Below the pieces are notes generated by a model that made no database searches, was not told the origin of the DNA, and saw nothing but the letters and a program-made list of their open reading frames with translations. A program made the position numbers and the translations under genes. This document shows positions 25,806 to 37,949 of a stretch of DNA of 64,000 nt, piece by piece (the stretch's first letter is position 1; every line of letters begins with the position of its first letter). Source of the stretch: Laetmonice hystrix (lineage: Eukaryota); the NCBI GenBank assembly GCA_965235115.1, contig OZ249437.1, positions 49,662,001-49,726,000 of the forward strand, given 5' to 3'.

Positions 25806-26540
25806 GTGAACGTGTCTCCTGCCCAGCCACCCAACCTGTGAATGGGTCTCCTGCCCAGCCACCCAACCTGTGAATGTGTCACCTGGCCAGCCTCCCAACC
25901 CGTGACTGAATGTGTCTCCTGCCCAGCTGCCCAACCCGTGAATGTGTCATCTGCCCAGCCACCCAACCTGTCAAAGTGTCTCCTGCCCAGCCACCCAACC
26001 TGTGAATGTGTCACCTGCCCAGCCACCCAACCTGTCAAAGTGTCTCCTGCCCAGCCACCCAACCTGTGAATGTGTCACCTGCCCAGCCACCCAACCTGTC
26101 AAAGTGTCTCCTGCCCAGCCACCCAACCTGTGAATGTGTCACCTGCCCAGCCACCCAACCTGTCAAAGTGTCTCCTGCCCAGCCACCCAACCTGTGAATG
26201 TGTCACCTGCCCAGCCACCCAACTTGTCAAAGTGTCTCCTGCCCAGCCACCCAACCTGTGAACGTGTCTCCTGCCCAGCCTCCCAACCTGTGAACGTGTC
26301 TCCTGCCCAGTCTCCCAACCCGTGAACGTGTCTTCTGCCCAGCCACCCAACCCGTGAACGTGTCTTCTGCCCAGCCACCCAACCTGTGAATGTGTCTCCT
26401 GCCCAGCCACCCAACCTGGGAATGGGTCTCCTGCCCAGCCTCCCAACCTGTGAATGGGTCTCCTGCCCAGCCTGCCAACCTGTGAATGGGTCTCCTGCCC
26501 AGCCTGCCAACCTGTAAACGTGTCTCTTGCTCAGCCTCCC
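25806..26540. repeat. Minisatellite, 32-bp unit x ~23 with a central 64-bp higher-order repeat
   Basis: Unit AA(T/A)GTGTC(A/T)CCTGCCCAGCCACCCAACCTGT(C/G); alternating A/B monomers give a 64-bp period (near-identical ORFs at 25942, 26006, 26070, 26134); monomers are more diverged at both ends. Confidence 0.97.
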
Positions 26541-26619
26541 TCCTCCCCTGCCCATCTGGACACCACAGACACTCCAGCTCCTCGGGTTCCTCCCCAATCC
26601 TTCATCCTCCCCCGGGAAA

Positions 26620-27000
26620 TCCTATACACACGGTGTACCATGTACCAGGTTGAACACCCCACTTCTTCCTTACAGGAGTTCACAAGGCAACGACTTCCAG
26701 GGCTCCGACCTGGGCTTGCTCGCAGTATTATGTGGCAATTACAGCCAAATCAGCCCTGCTTGGCGTCCAGCCCGGGAAGGTGTTATACAGTCTCTACTGA
26801 CAGACACCTACCACGGCCCGTCTCACAGCCAGTCTACCCGAGACCCTAGGCGTGGGGACGGCCCTGCAGAGATCTCCCCATTACCCGCTGGATCCGGTAA
26901 CTGCCAAGATTTCCCGGGCGACCACCAGCGGAGTATTCCCTTCCACAGTTTCTCCAGGCTTCGCTCTCAATCAACACGGCCGTCAAGGCGGGCTGTGGAC
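26620..27000 (+). mobile_element. Gypsy integrase remnant (zinc-binding region to start of core)
   Basis: GLARSIMWQLQP...GRCYTV...PRPVSQPVYPRP*AWGRPCRDLP (~LARxxVWWP...CxxC...PLxPxxxPxRPWxxxxxDL). Confidence 0.5.
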
Positions 27001-27399
27001 AGAGTGGCGTCAAAAACACAACGGTGGCTTGCTAAAGCAAGCAGCAAAGTCACCGCAGCATTTGGGATAGGTGTTTTATTTTACGTTTATACAGTTGGTT
27101 AGTTTTGTGTTTGAGAAAACCAGAGCACACAAGTAATTAATCAAACTTGCTCACATTTGGATGAAGAGATTTCGAACCCACAGAGCATAGGTTCTGTGAT
27201 AACCGACCGAAAGTTTAGACCATTGTCCACTGAGGCCTTGATACAACCTCCCAACGTGTAAATTGTTCCTTACTCCAGTGAAAGATACAGGTAATGACAC
27301 TTTATAAATCTTATTGAAACCCTCTAATCTCAACAAGTTTGATCATATACCTCCTAATCACCCGATCTCAAGGCCCAGATGAAGCCCTGATGTGGGAGG

Positions 27400-28250
27400 C
27401 TGGCTGCTCCATGCCGCCGTCCGGGGTCCTGATTTCATCCATCTGTGTGCGGTAGCATGCAGCTGGGCGTTTGGCGTCACTCAGCAGCCACAGCATGGGT
27501 CAATGCTCAGCCAGCCAGAGGGCAAACGGTCAATGGCAGTTTCCACACCCAATCACTTCTCCCAGCCTTGATCCAACGTCACCCTACCCAGGCCAAACAC
27601 CAAATCACCACAACTGCCCATTTACCAAATTGTCTACCGCAATACGCACCCCTATTATTTCTGATGTTGTTTGTCCATAGCAATCACAACATAAAAGCTC
27701 TGTCACCTCGAACCAGTCCTGAAACTGAAAGCTTCCGAATCCTTCACTTGGCCAATGCTGCCACTTGTGTGATCACCTGTCACTGATATGCTTCCCTCAA
27801 TATTGAATTTTGACAAGCAATTTAACTAGCTGGGATTGCTTTCTGCCCTCTATTCTGAGGCAGGATTCTCAACCAGACAACCCGTAATATCTTGTCTCCC
27901 CTACATCGCAATCCATCACACCAAGCCACAAATCCTCACCTGTGAATACACACAGAATGAGAATGGGAACATAATGCGTTCTGCCTGTTGGCTGTCCCAA
28001 ACAATGTGAGTGATACTTCCAGGACATCTTTCACGTACATCACTTCTCCTGGTGGATTAGCTTCATCATCAGCGACTACTCTGATACCGTGCCGACTTCA
28101 TCCTCACAGGTCCCACTCCTAATAACTCCCAACTCATGCCACATGTAGGTATCAGATATACGACTCCCGTGAACTCATTATCACCTTTACTGAGATATCA
28201 ATTCATATACCTTTCCAAAACAATACATGACCAAACACTTGGGTTACCAA
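27400..28250 (+). mobile_element. L2/CR1-group LINE RT remnant
   Basis: WVNAQPARGQTVNGSF (~WxxSYLxxRxQxVxVNGxxS), IISDVVC (~YADDxxL), and an L2-like tail TSSSQVPLLITP (~RSSxxxLLxxP). Confidence 0.45.
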
Positions 28251-28989
28251 TTTAATTTCTATAATATCTGATTATATCTGATAATAGAAACTGAAGGGTC
28301 ACTGTCTTTGGAATACTAATAAGAACGCGGTATAAGCAGACATTTTTTAAGCTGAGAAAAAATCGCTACATCGTGTTTTTCCTCGCCTGATCACATGCTC
28401 TCATGACTCAGAACATAGTGCTTGTATGGAAAATGGCAGATCTGTAATAGGCCTGAGGCGGGAAGACAGGGCCCATGTTGTTGGTTACAAAAAATGTTAC
28501 TGATACAGAGCTTTGTTATTCCTCAAGTTTTTAAACCACACACAAGGCCCAACTGCTCTGAATCATTTGACACGAAGTGTCTTTGCCAACATGTGACCAC
28601 CCGGAAGGCCAGGTCGTATACTGCCGCTAACAATACGAAATGACACCATTATATCACCCCTATACCCTAGATTCGCTCTCCTCATGCAGGCTCCATTCAG
28701 CCACCAGACAAGTACACCGTCTGAATACAACTGGTACAATAGCCTGGTTATAGGAACAGTGTTTGATAAACAACAGAGCCAATATAACTGGACGCTGTCA
28801 CACCTTTCAATGACAATTACCATTACCATTGTGTTAACAGCTCTTTACGCAATTGGTGGACACACAATAAATAACTGGTACTAACAACCAGAGGCAGTTG
28901 ACGTGAGGGTCAGCACTTCCAGACCCATTCTAGGCGTGTACTTGAGGTCACATCATACGTTATATCCCACCTTTTTCAAATAACCTCCT

Positions 28990-29260
28990 TTAGTCAATCC
29001 CACTGGCCTGAATAAGAAGCTAACAAGAGCAACAAAAATAGAAACATCTTTTTAGTGTGATCAGATAGTGGATATATAGTAGGTTGTTGCTCAGTATCTT
29101 TAGTGCGATTAACTTTGATGAAAGTACTGGACGAGTGAACAAGGCCGACCAGAGAAGGTTGTAATTCCTGTGAAGGACGGCTTACTTTGTGAACACTCCT
29201 ATACAAGGACCTCTCATCGCCAATGTTTCCTGGCCACTCTGATCGATGAGTTTGGAATGA
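28990..29260 (-). mobile_element. Possible LINE APE endonuclease C-terminal remnant
   Basis: SSTFIKVNRTKDTEQQPTIYPLSDH (~SxIDxI...SDH) in ORF 28994..29263. Confidence 0.25.
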
Positions 29261-29399
29261 CACCCACCGTCAGATGAGGGAATGTATCATGGCTGACATT
29301 CTGGTTGCCTCCCGACCTCCATCACTGCAGGGACACCAGCCAGCCCCACGGCTCCCCCCTCCCGCTTCCAGTAACCCCCTACCCCCGACCTTCTCCTTG

Positions 29400-30900
29400 A
29401 ACCTCACTGTACGTCTCCGACCATTTCATCCCCTTACGGATAGATTCCTGCTCACCAAGGGAACGATCTCCACCAAAAGGGCCGACTTTATTCAGGCTTA
29501 GCAGCGATCTATCACCATTTGGCAACCAAATTGAGTTTACTCTGCCCAAGAGCCCCTCACCATAGCTACCGTTGAAGGTGACTGATGCATCCTAAAAACG
29601 CTCCGTCCTTGTAAGTCACCTTATTCTTGCCACATTATCGACATCAATTGATTGGATGACACGGTACCGCTGGGTCGGTCAATGGGTCTGACACCCCCTG
29701 ACGTCAGTATTGAATGACCGCCTAACTTGTTGTATGACTTCAGGAGTGGGCCCCCTGTATCCCGCCTACCTCTCGCTCAGAGCGCTGTCCCGTAGGACCT
29801 TTACCTGCCTCAGTGGTGTTGATGGTGAGCACTGGTGGTTTTAAAGTCCATGGCCAGCCGGCCATGGACTTCAAAACAGTATCCGGCGTGTTTCAAACTT
29901 GGCCGTCACCGCCCCATGGAAACCCCACCAATGTTTCACGATTGGTCGGCAACCCCCGCCACAACGGGAAGGGTCCCAGGGAGGGGCGGGCTCAACCTTT
30001 ACGGCCGGTCAGGTGTGTACAGACGGCCACCCTGACATTTCCATGGATACTCCCTGAGGCCATGGCTGCATGGCGTGCTGGCGGCGTTTACCTCAGTGCC
30101 CCCTGGTGGAGATGGACCTGGCTCTATCTACCCATCTGGAGCCTGGGCCGTCTTAACGGGCCCTTGATACAAGCTAAATATTTACGCTCTAAGACAAGCA
30201 TTGGCCACTATAAGGCAAACGCTCGATATAGGGCATTCCCCAGTGGGAGAGAATTCCACACTTTGGAGACGCTACTGTCAAGGCGTCAGATTAGCCGGGT
30301 TACTGCATTGTCACAACCTAATGCTGTCAATCAGGTGGCCAAACATGTCTCTCTATAACGTCGTGTGGACCAACAGACACCAACACCACCGTCAGGGTAG
30401 AACTCAGATATAACTTGGTGTTGGTGTTGCTGTCAAGATGCCACTGAAAAACGCCCTCATTTTAGCACATGGCTAGGAAATCCTTGGCGTGAAAAAAGAC
30501 GCTTCACTCTCTACCCCTTGAGATGTTTATCCTGAGTCTTAATCTGCCACGCTGCCCTGCTGCTTCCTCAACAACTCTGGCTACGATAATCTTCACCATC
30601 TTTACAAACGTGACATCTAAGAAGGCCAAGCTATGCCCACCATCCTGCCAACACGACACGTTAACTGACACTGCCACTGTTAGGATACGTATCCTCAACG
30701 CACACCTAGAAACAAGGCCGTATTTCCCCTGCAAACAGTTTTTTGTACTAAGTTTTCAGAGCTAAATATTTCCAAATATGTGGCCACTCGGTACACTTGT
30801 ACAGAGAAACATGTCTGGCTACCAACGATGTAGGAAAAAGTGCTTGTTGGATCTTAAGCTGCAAGTCTATCAATACTACAATCTGAACTGAGAGGGTCCC
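29400..30900 (+). mobile_element. Decayed Gypsy pol (RNase H-integrase)
   Basis: LPLKVTDAS (TDAS at 29581-29592), PHGNPTNVSR (~RPGxxNxxADxLSR), QVAKHVSL (~DVxxYVxxC), GNPWREKRRF (~PWxxIxxDF), IIFTIFTNVTSKKAKLCPP (~YILxIxDxFSKxAxLxP). Confidence 0.6.
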
Positions 30901-31149
30901 GTGGATTCTGTAATTAAACTTACATCAATAGCTGACTGGTGGGGAAAACCAGAGCTCTGAGTACACCATACGACATGCTGTTACTGTCAAGTTTACACCA
31001 AATTAGATGCTCAAGTTATCACAACAATATCACAACAGTTTTGTATTTTTTCCTATCTAAAATTAATATTTAGGTTAAAATAATACAGGATGTGCTATAC
31101 GTTTTCACGTCTGTCCGAACTGAGATTAGAGATTAGAGCAAACCTATAG

Positions 31150-31900
31150 TATTATTGCTGTTGCAAACCAAAATGCATCAGGGACATTTCAATAAAAGTG
31201 AAGTTCTCGATCTTTCTGAAGTTGTAAGTGCTCTGATTCCAACTCGCTTCATGATAATTTCTCCCGGGTCCGTCTTTGGTAACAGGTGTTAAAATGGAAC
31301 ATCTGCACGAGTGTAACTGCACATATCCCGTTTCCCGCTCTCCCGGACTGAGATCACCTATCTCTGCAGTGATAGGAAATATGAATGGCTTACAGATGCC
31401 ATGTTCCCCACAAATGTCTCTGATAACTTGATGGGGACTTGCCAGTCCTTACATCCAAGCCAGCCGTTAGGAGCCCATTACTCATTAGCTCGGGAGCTGA
31501 TGTTGGCTGGCGCCCTGTTAGCCCTTAGTAACGGGAGCTGTCATAACTATCTATACAGTAGAGCCAAGATTAAACCCCAGACGTTTACTTTTAAACTGAT
31601 GCCGGGTGTCAATATTCCTTACGCATTTTGCCAAGTACCTATAAAATACGCTATATTCTATACCTCTGACAGCGTTGATATTTGGAAGATTTGTACCATA
31701 TTCTATGTAATGCTGAACATGTGCTAGGATTGATTTCCAGACCATGAGACCTTTTGGTGCTATTCCCAGGTGATCTTCTGGCAAGCATCCAGCATGGGTT
31801 TACACCTGCTGTTCCGGGTGTCTAGCCCGCACCTGGATGCCTTGCTCAAAGATCTATCCAGCATCCAACTCATCTAAGGCCATCTCTATTTTCTTATTAC
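31150..31900 (+). mobile_element. LINE RT N-terminal remnant
   Basis: EVVSALIPTRFMIISPGS (~EVxxALxxxxxxKSPGxD), FKLMPGVN (~GFxPGxxT), SVDIWKIC (~xDxxKAFD). Confidence 0.35.
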
Positions 31901-32030
31901 ATCGAATCTAGGAGGTGCGTATTTTATCATATGAAACGGCCATATTTACTCAACCTATTCTAATCAACGTGTGGAGGGCCTAGGATGATGATGTAGAAAC
32001 AGGTGTAACTCTGGTGAAGGAACAGAAACC

Positions 32031-32412
32031 CGGTCCAAGTCTGTCTCTGAGGCCGGGGCCGGTCCAAGTCTGTCCTTGAGGCCGGGGCCGGTCCAAGTCT
32101 GTCCTTGACGGCGGGGCCGGTCCAAGTCCGTCTGAGGCCGGGGCCGGTCCAAGTCTGTTCCTGAGACCGGGCCGGTCCAAGTTTTTCCCTGAGGCCGGGG
32201 CCGGTCCAAGTCTGTCCATGAAGCCGGGCCGGTCCAAGTCTGTCTCTGAGGCCGGGGCCGGTTCAAGTCTGTCCTTGAGGCCGGGGCCGGTCCAAGTCTG
32301 TCTCTGAGGCCGGAGCTGGTCCAAGTCTGTCTCTGAGTCCGGGGCCGGTCCAAGTCTGTTCCTGGACCGGTCCAAGTCTGTCCTTGAGGCCGGGGCCGGT
32401 CCAAGTCTGTCC
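32031..32412. repeat. Minisatellite, ~29-bp unit x ~13 containing GGCCGGGGCCGG
   Basis: Unit GGCCGGGGCCGGTCCAAGTCTGT(CTC/CCT)TGA with several variants and small indels. Confidence 0.95.
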
Positions 32413-32791
32413 GGCCCGAGGTTTAGGCCGTCCGCACGATTACGTGTTCTGGGCCAGACGTCTCGGCTAGGATTTATATAAGGTTTACAGTACGGTAATG
32501 AATGCCTTTTACACATGTGGACCTTGTAGCCAGGCAAAGCTGCAAATTATTAAGGATTTATGTTGGAAGCGTCAATGCGGATTAGAGCAATGACACAGCC
32601 GTACCCCAACCAAACGGCCCCGTGACCTTTCTATCAGTCTGAAGGTCACTACAGAGGTCAGTAATGGCGGGGTCTCACCCCGGGGAGTGGTCGCCCCCTA
32701 GCCGGACGGGTGGCACCCTCCACCCACCGGGGCACGCCCAACGATTGGCACCCACACCCCCGGGGTTCGGCCATCACCGAGGGCAAGCCCG

Positions 32792-32847
32792 AGACCCCAG
32801 ACCGCTGCCTGCTAGACCCCAGACCACCGACTGCCAGACCCCAGACC
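32792..32847. repeat. Short 22-bp-period direct repeat (AGACCCCAGACC x3) in a GC-rich patch
   Basis: AGACCCCAGACC at 32792, 32814 and 32836. Confidence 0.8.
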
Positions 32848-32999
32848 ACCACTAGACACGGCAGGCGTCGCCCTCTGTTGGAGCGCAATAGAGACGATTT
32901 CAGTGACTGTCATCTTACAGCCAGCATCGTAAGGACTGACAGGGTCGGGAGTCAGACACAATATCTAAAAATATCAATAATCTGACTCACGTTCTTCCT

Positions 33000-33400
33000 G
33001 CACGGCCAACTCATAATCCTCCAACTTATTATTGTGCATTGCACACAAGTTCACAGTGGAAAACACCGTGTCGAACCTTATACCGTCATTAGAAGGGGAA
33101 GTGGTCTAGTTCTAAACTAAAGTCCACATTAAATCATCCGGCTCTGAGGGTGAAACATCGAGGTTACTGCACATATATGTACTACACAAAGAGGCTATAT
33201 GCTGGAGGCTAAACGTAGGTGAAATTAAACTGCACAAAACATGTTGTTGTGAAGGACTTTATGAATTCCAATTCACCGTCCGAGTCCAACATTTTAGGAT
33301 CTAGATCTACCACGTAGTAGGAGCCTTCCCGTCTGTCTCATACACACGTTACGTCTAAAATATACATCAACTGTACACAAGGTATGATGTATGGTACATC
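33000..33400 (+). mobile_element. Possible LINE RT C-terminal remnant
   Basis: WRLNVGEIKL (~WRLxLNxxKT) then SNILGS (~KxLGV). Confidence 0.25.
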
Positions 33401-33779
33401 AATCAGAGGCCAGAATCTACCCATCCATAGGAACCGTACAAAGCGGCCAGCCGGTGGACTGACCTTGCCTGGTGTAATACGTCACCTTTCCTGATGTAAT
33501 ACGTCATCAGATGCCGTTACGAGGGCTGATCGATCGTCTGCTGGCCACCGGAATCCATCACCGGAGGTGCGTTTTGGAGAACACATTATGTACACTACTG
33601 TCAGCGCAAATGGCCGGGAAATCCATCGGCCAGTTACATAGCTAAGATGATATAATGCTCAGGATAAAGAAATCAATCTTTCTAAGTCTTTCCCCAGACA
33701 TACAGAGCATTTATGATGATTTGAAAGCAGCCTCAAAGTTTTTGCACACAGTTTTTCGAAGACTTTTTAGTCGGAATTT

Positions 33780-33970
33780 CAAGGTAAATTTAACAAACAG
33801 AACAGGCGCAATGACTTCCTCGGTCTAAACCTGGAAAAGTTGGCTTGTTTTTCTCCCACGAAACGTGTTGACACAAAACCGCCATTACCGTGCTCTACAC
33901 GTGAACTTGTTAACACGCTCTGACACCGCAGGCAGCAGGGGAAACTGCCAACATCACCCTTTTTCTTCAC
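33780..33970 (-). mobile_element. Possible hAT transposase dimerisation-domain remnant
   Basis: LAVSPAA...SERV (frameshifted) resembles LAIPASSxxSERVFS; single motif. Confidence 0.25.
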
Positions 33971-34054
33971 AGAAAGTCATAAAACCTTTGCTCCCACGAA
34001 CACGTTCTGTCTGAGCTCGCAAACATACGCGAGCTGCATATGTTTCAGCATAAC

Positions 34055-34055
<1 letters not shown>

Positions 34056-34097
<42 letters not shown>
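34056..34097 (+). repeat. (GCT)14 = CTG/CAG trinucleotide microsatellite
   Basis: 14 perfect GCT units, followed by a poly-C tract at ~34147. Confidence 0.97.
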
Positions 34098-35099
34098 ACT
34101 TCTCCTTTACAGCGCCCCGTTTCCTGACCTGCCCCCCTACCCCAGCCCCCCCCCCCCCACCCGGCATTAATTCCATGTTTCACAGCTGACATTGTTGAGA
34201 GTACAGGTCTGAGACCAGTTTCTACCACAGTCACCACAGTCACCTATCTGCCCCAGAGTTCGTCATCACTTTGATAATATATCACGGTGTCGCAGTTACA
34301 GAGGCTGCCATGTGAACAGTGTCAAGAATATTCCTACCTTGTGCCCATCACCACGTCTTACCGGATGCTACCGGTACTCGTCCTCATAACGGCCATGTTA
34401 CTACGGCAAATAAGAGTGGGACACTTACCTGAAAACAAGCAAGAAAGACATGTCATACAAAAATGAAAGTACGCATAGACACTTTTGAAAAAATAGAATT
34501 ACTTAAGAATATTTGCATTTGCGACAGTTAGCATTAATGTGGATTTCATGCAGAATTATCCTGGTACAATGACATATTTCTCGGGTCAGTCCAAATATTC
34601 ACTGAATCTGATAGTTCCAATTATATAGGTCTACAATATGATCTCCTTGCCTATCGAAGGTAGAACCTTTCACATATATATGGTACAACGTTAAAGGCGA
34701 GTGAGAGGTTAGAACTACAAGTGCCACTTGCTCCTCGATATAAACCAGTTTATTCACCGTACAGCCAGTGTGCAGGTCTTTCATTCTACTTCAGATACCA
34801 AATGTGGCTCAGGTGGAAAAATGACATATGATGAAGATCTGATTAATGACTAACCAAGTAAAAACTACTTCCCAGACTTGACTGAAAAAGTATGTAGGTT
34901 CGTCATGTTTTTCACTGTAGACATCCCTACACCTATCTATAGTGACTGATCTTATTCCATTGCTCGAGCCCAGCATACTTGTCTTCTTTTTCTCCATTTC
35001 CATTTCACACAAATCTACATTAAATGCTTGCGTTTTTCTTCACTGGTTCTACGTCTTTGCTGTTGAAATGGCTAGATTCTCAGGCTTCTTTCTTGATTC

Positions 35100-35900
35100 C
35101 TGACAGAGTTTTTTGATGTGCATCCTGGTGAGTAAGCCCTGCTGCCTGTCAACGTGGCCGAGGTGTTGGCGCCTAGGCCAGTCACAGACTCGCAAGGTCA
35201 AAGTTCTACAAACACCGACTTTGATGATCCACTACCTTCTACATCAGACCCGCCGTCATCACCTCTCACAATCTAAGACTACTCGGGGGATGAAATCCCA
35301 AGTCTTATGCACGGAATCCCAATCCGTTAAGATGGGAAAAGGGTTTCCAGTGAAAGGTATGTGTTTATCCACGACGACAGTTCCTTTAGACGGAAAAGCA
35401 TCTTCAAAGCACTAAAAGCTCGTTCCTGGAAAGTCAAGACCTCGGAAGAATTAACACAGGTCTGTGTTGTATGGATATGACTGGAAAGTTTTCGATTACC
35501 TTCCGGCCACACAGCGTTTCTCATCATGTAACGGTAAAGATGCCCTTTCAAACACCAACATTTCTTAAAGAGCATCTGAACTCACTTCATCAAGTCACAC
35601 AGTGTTATGTTTTACTCTGCCTTATTGAAAAATCCCATGATGAGTCCGTTATGGCTAGCCATCGCACTGGACGAACACGAGAACACAGGTGCCTTCACAC
35701 ATACTGACCCCACCTCAGTTGACCTCGTTATGCTATAGGCACCCCCACCGACTGTGTACCATTCTCAGCAAGCCCCAGAGGCCCGCGCCAACGCCAACAA
35801 CAACAGCCACATAGAAGTCCTGACAAGTAAACATGATGCAGAGCTCCACTCTACATCCATGGACCTTTAATTTTCCTCTCGTCTCCCTCCACTATCAAAT
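35100..35900 (+). mobile_element. Decayed Gypsy RT
   Basis: VCVY/FIHDD (YxDD-like, ~35360-35378), HLQSTKSSFLESQDLGRINTGLC (~HLxxLxxVFxxLxxxGLKLNxxKC), LPSGHT (~YLGHxV). Confidence 0.45.
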
Positions 35901-35989
35901 ATCTGATGGAGTCGGAACAGGCATGGTTCTCCCCTGTACAGTTCCAGTGTCAGCACGGAGCGAAGGCTTCCCTCCCCCTCCCCTTGAAA

Positions 35990-37400
35990 CATGACGACCT
36001 ACTTTACCCTTCCATCTTCGGGGTCAAAGGCAGTGTGGGATGTTTCTGAAGAAGCAGCCAGAATCATCGCACTCATTGACAAAGTACAAGGGAAATTGAA
36101 AACCAAATCCTCGACTGAGGTTGTTTGTAAGAGCGCCAAGACCGCACGGAGAGGCTTCAACGGAATCAAAGGTAAGGCTCTTAGACCCGCCGGTTCAAAG
36201 GTGCGTGGAGGAAGGGGAATTACCCCCCTCCCTCCTCCTCCTCCTACAAATCTTCCTCCTAGCGGGTGTAAGCGTCATCCCCTCCCGTCTCCCGACTGGT
36301 AGGCATCATCTTCTTGATGCCACGCAGATCGTTCCCGCCGGCCAACACCAATATCTGTTATGTATGGACAAGTGGTTACGCTCGGGTCTTGCAACCCCAC
36401 CCTCACCTAATTACCTCTCCGACTCGGACTCGGACCAGCTTACGGTAACCTACTCTTCCCTTCAAACGGAACTCTAGTATTACGTCTGCCACTCCACACT
36501 GAGCACTATAAATCCATGCATACAAAATGTGTCAGTTATTGTTGTTAATTAACCACACACAGAACCAAGCGCCCTGTAACAAGCTGCCAAATTCCCAGAT
36601 GAAAGACGTATGCGGCTCTTTCTTCTCCATTTTCAGTTCCTACACTGCAAAGATATTTGGTCAGCAAATGTGCTGTGTCATCAAGTTGGATTGAGGTTTG
36701 TGAAAAACAGCAGGTGGTAAACCTTGAACTTTGAAGAACCTGGCCAGCACCCGCAACATGCAAGAGAATAGATTCTTGATGTGAATCAATTCTCAGGCCG
36801 AACATTACCCCAAATTTAAATACCCAATCCCCGGGTCCCACTATGAACAAATCATGTGGGTCAACACATTCCTGAGCATGACTTGTACTTGGGATACCAT
36901 CACTTAGAGACGGGCTAGATATCCACCCTAACCATCCGCCATGGGCGACCAATCTTGTTATCACACAGGCCGTACACCACCCTGACACTGTGCACCAGGC
37001 TGGAAGAATCCAATATTCACACAGATAATTCAGGGTCCACGAAATCCCCGGGCTCAATTAAGGAACAACATCTCAGGTCTCTACCCTCAGACTCGCTCTA
37101 AGATCGATATCTACACTAGGCAAGTACCTGATACGCTTGCAGAATCAGTGGCAATACAATGTGTCAATTTAACGCTAGATGCCAATTTGGAGACCGAAAC
37201 TTTCACTCCCTATTTAATTAACACAATGCAGCATTCCCTGGTCTAGAATAACAAAAGACGAATGTCTGCCGCTACTTTATAAAAACTCGATTTCAAAAAC
37301 TTCAGGACGGTAAGCCTTCCAAATTAGAATGAATTTTAAGTATGAAACGCCATAGGATTTAGCGAGAGACCAGTGCAAGCAAATGTTCCCTTAAAGGAAG
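35990..37400 (+). mobile_element. Possible CR1-group LINE 5' part (ORF1 tail, APE, linker)
   Basis: ARIIALI...EVVCKSAKTARR (~RPILVK...VLxxAKxLR); DVCGSFF (~GGGVxxY); NLNTQSP (~DFNxP); HPTIRHGRPILL (~PTRxxxxxLDL). Confidence 0.3.
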
Positions 37401-37949
37401 AGAGCTAGATCTGTCCACGAGCAAAGCGGATCGCGCCCTGAGAGCAGCGCACCGATCAGTGGTTCGAGCAGCGGGATGTCAAGTAGTGCTGGCCGACTGC
37501 CGTCAACACCTGGCCCCGAACAAGGCGGTCAGGAAACAGGGCGCCACCTGGGCCCGCGTCCGTTACAGCGGCACTGATTGGTGAAGGGAGGGAGCAGGTA
37601 TTGCACCTGACAGACACCATGTCGGCTGCATTCAGCGGTCGGTGGAGGTTAGACGTGATGGGTTTCTCCCCCCGCCCTCACTCTCCCTCCACGGAGGAGG
37701 CCGAGCTGAGAGGTTCTCTGGCTGGATCCGGGTTACTTTGGTGGGGAGACGGCCGCATATATAGCCATAACTCTCATACCGTCTTCAACTACAACCACGG
37801 CAGACAATGTGTCGGCAAGTCGTCATCCTCACTGTACCATCTCTGGGCTATAATAGTAACAGTTTTCTGCTGCTTTAGGCACAAAAAGTTAATTTAACAG
37901 AGCGCTGAGAAATTATCTACTCCTGAAGAACTATCATAGATGGTAATCT

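Noticed and set aside
25637-26597. Many overlapping ORFs (GWAGDTFTGW / CPATQPV repeats)
   Set aside because: Artefacts of the 32-bp tandem array; they appear in several frames on both strands.
31964-32537. 146-aa and 185-aa ORFs with TDLDRPRPQ/DRLGPAPAS repeats as repetitive proteins
   Set aside because: They are simply read-throughs of the stop-poor 29-bp minisatellite, whose unit length is not a multiple of 3.
37420-37600. tRNA or tRNA-derived SINE (GGTTCGAGC B-box-like)
   Set aside because: No convincing A-box at the proper spacing, no cloverleaf and no tail or TSD.
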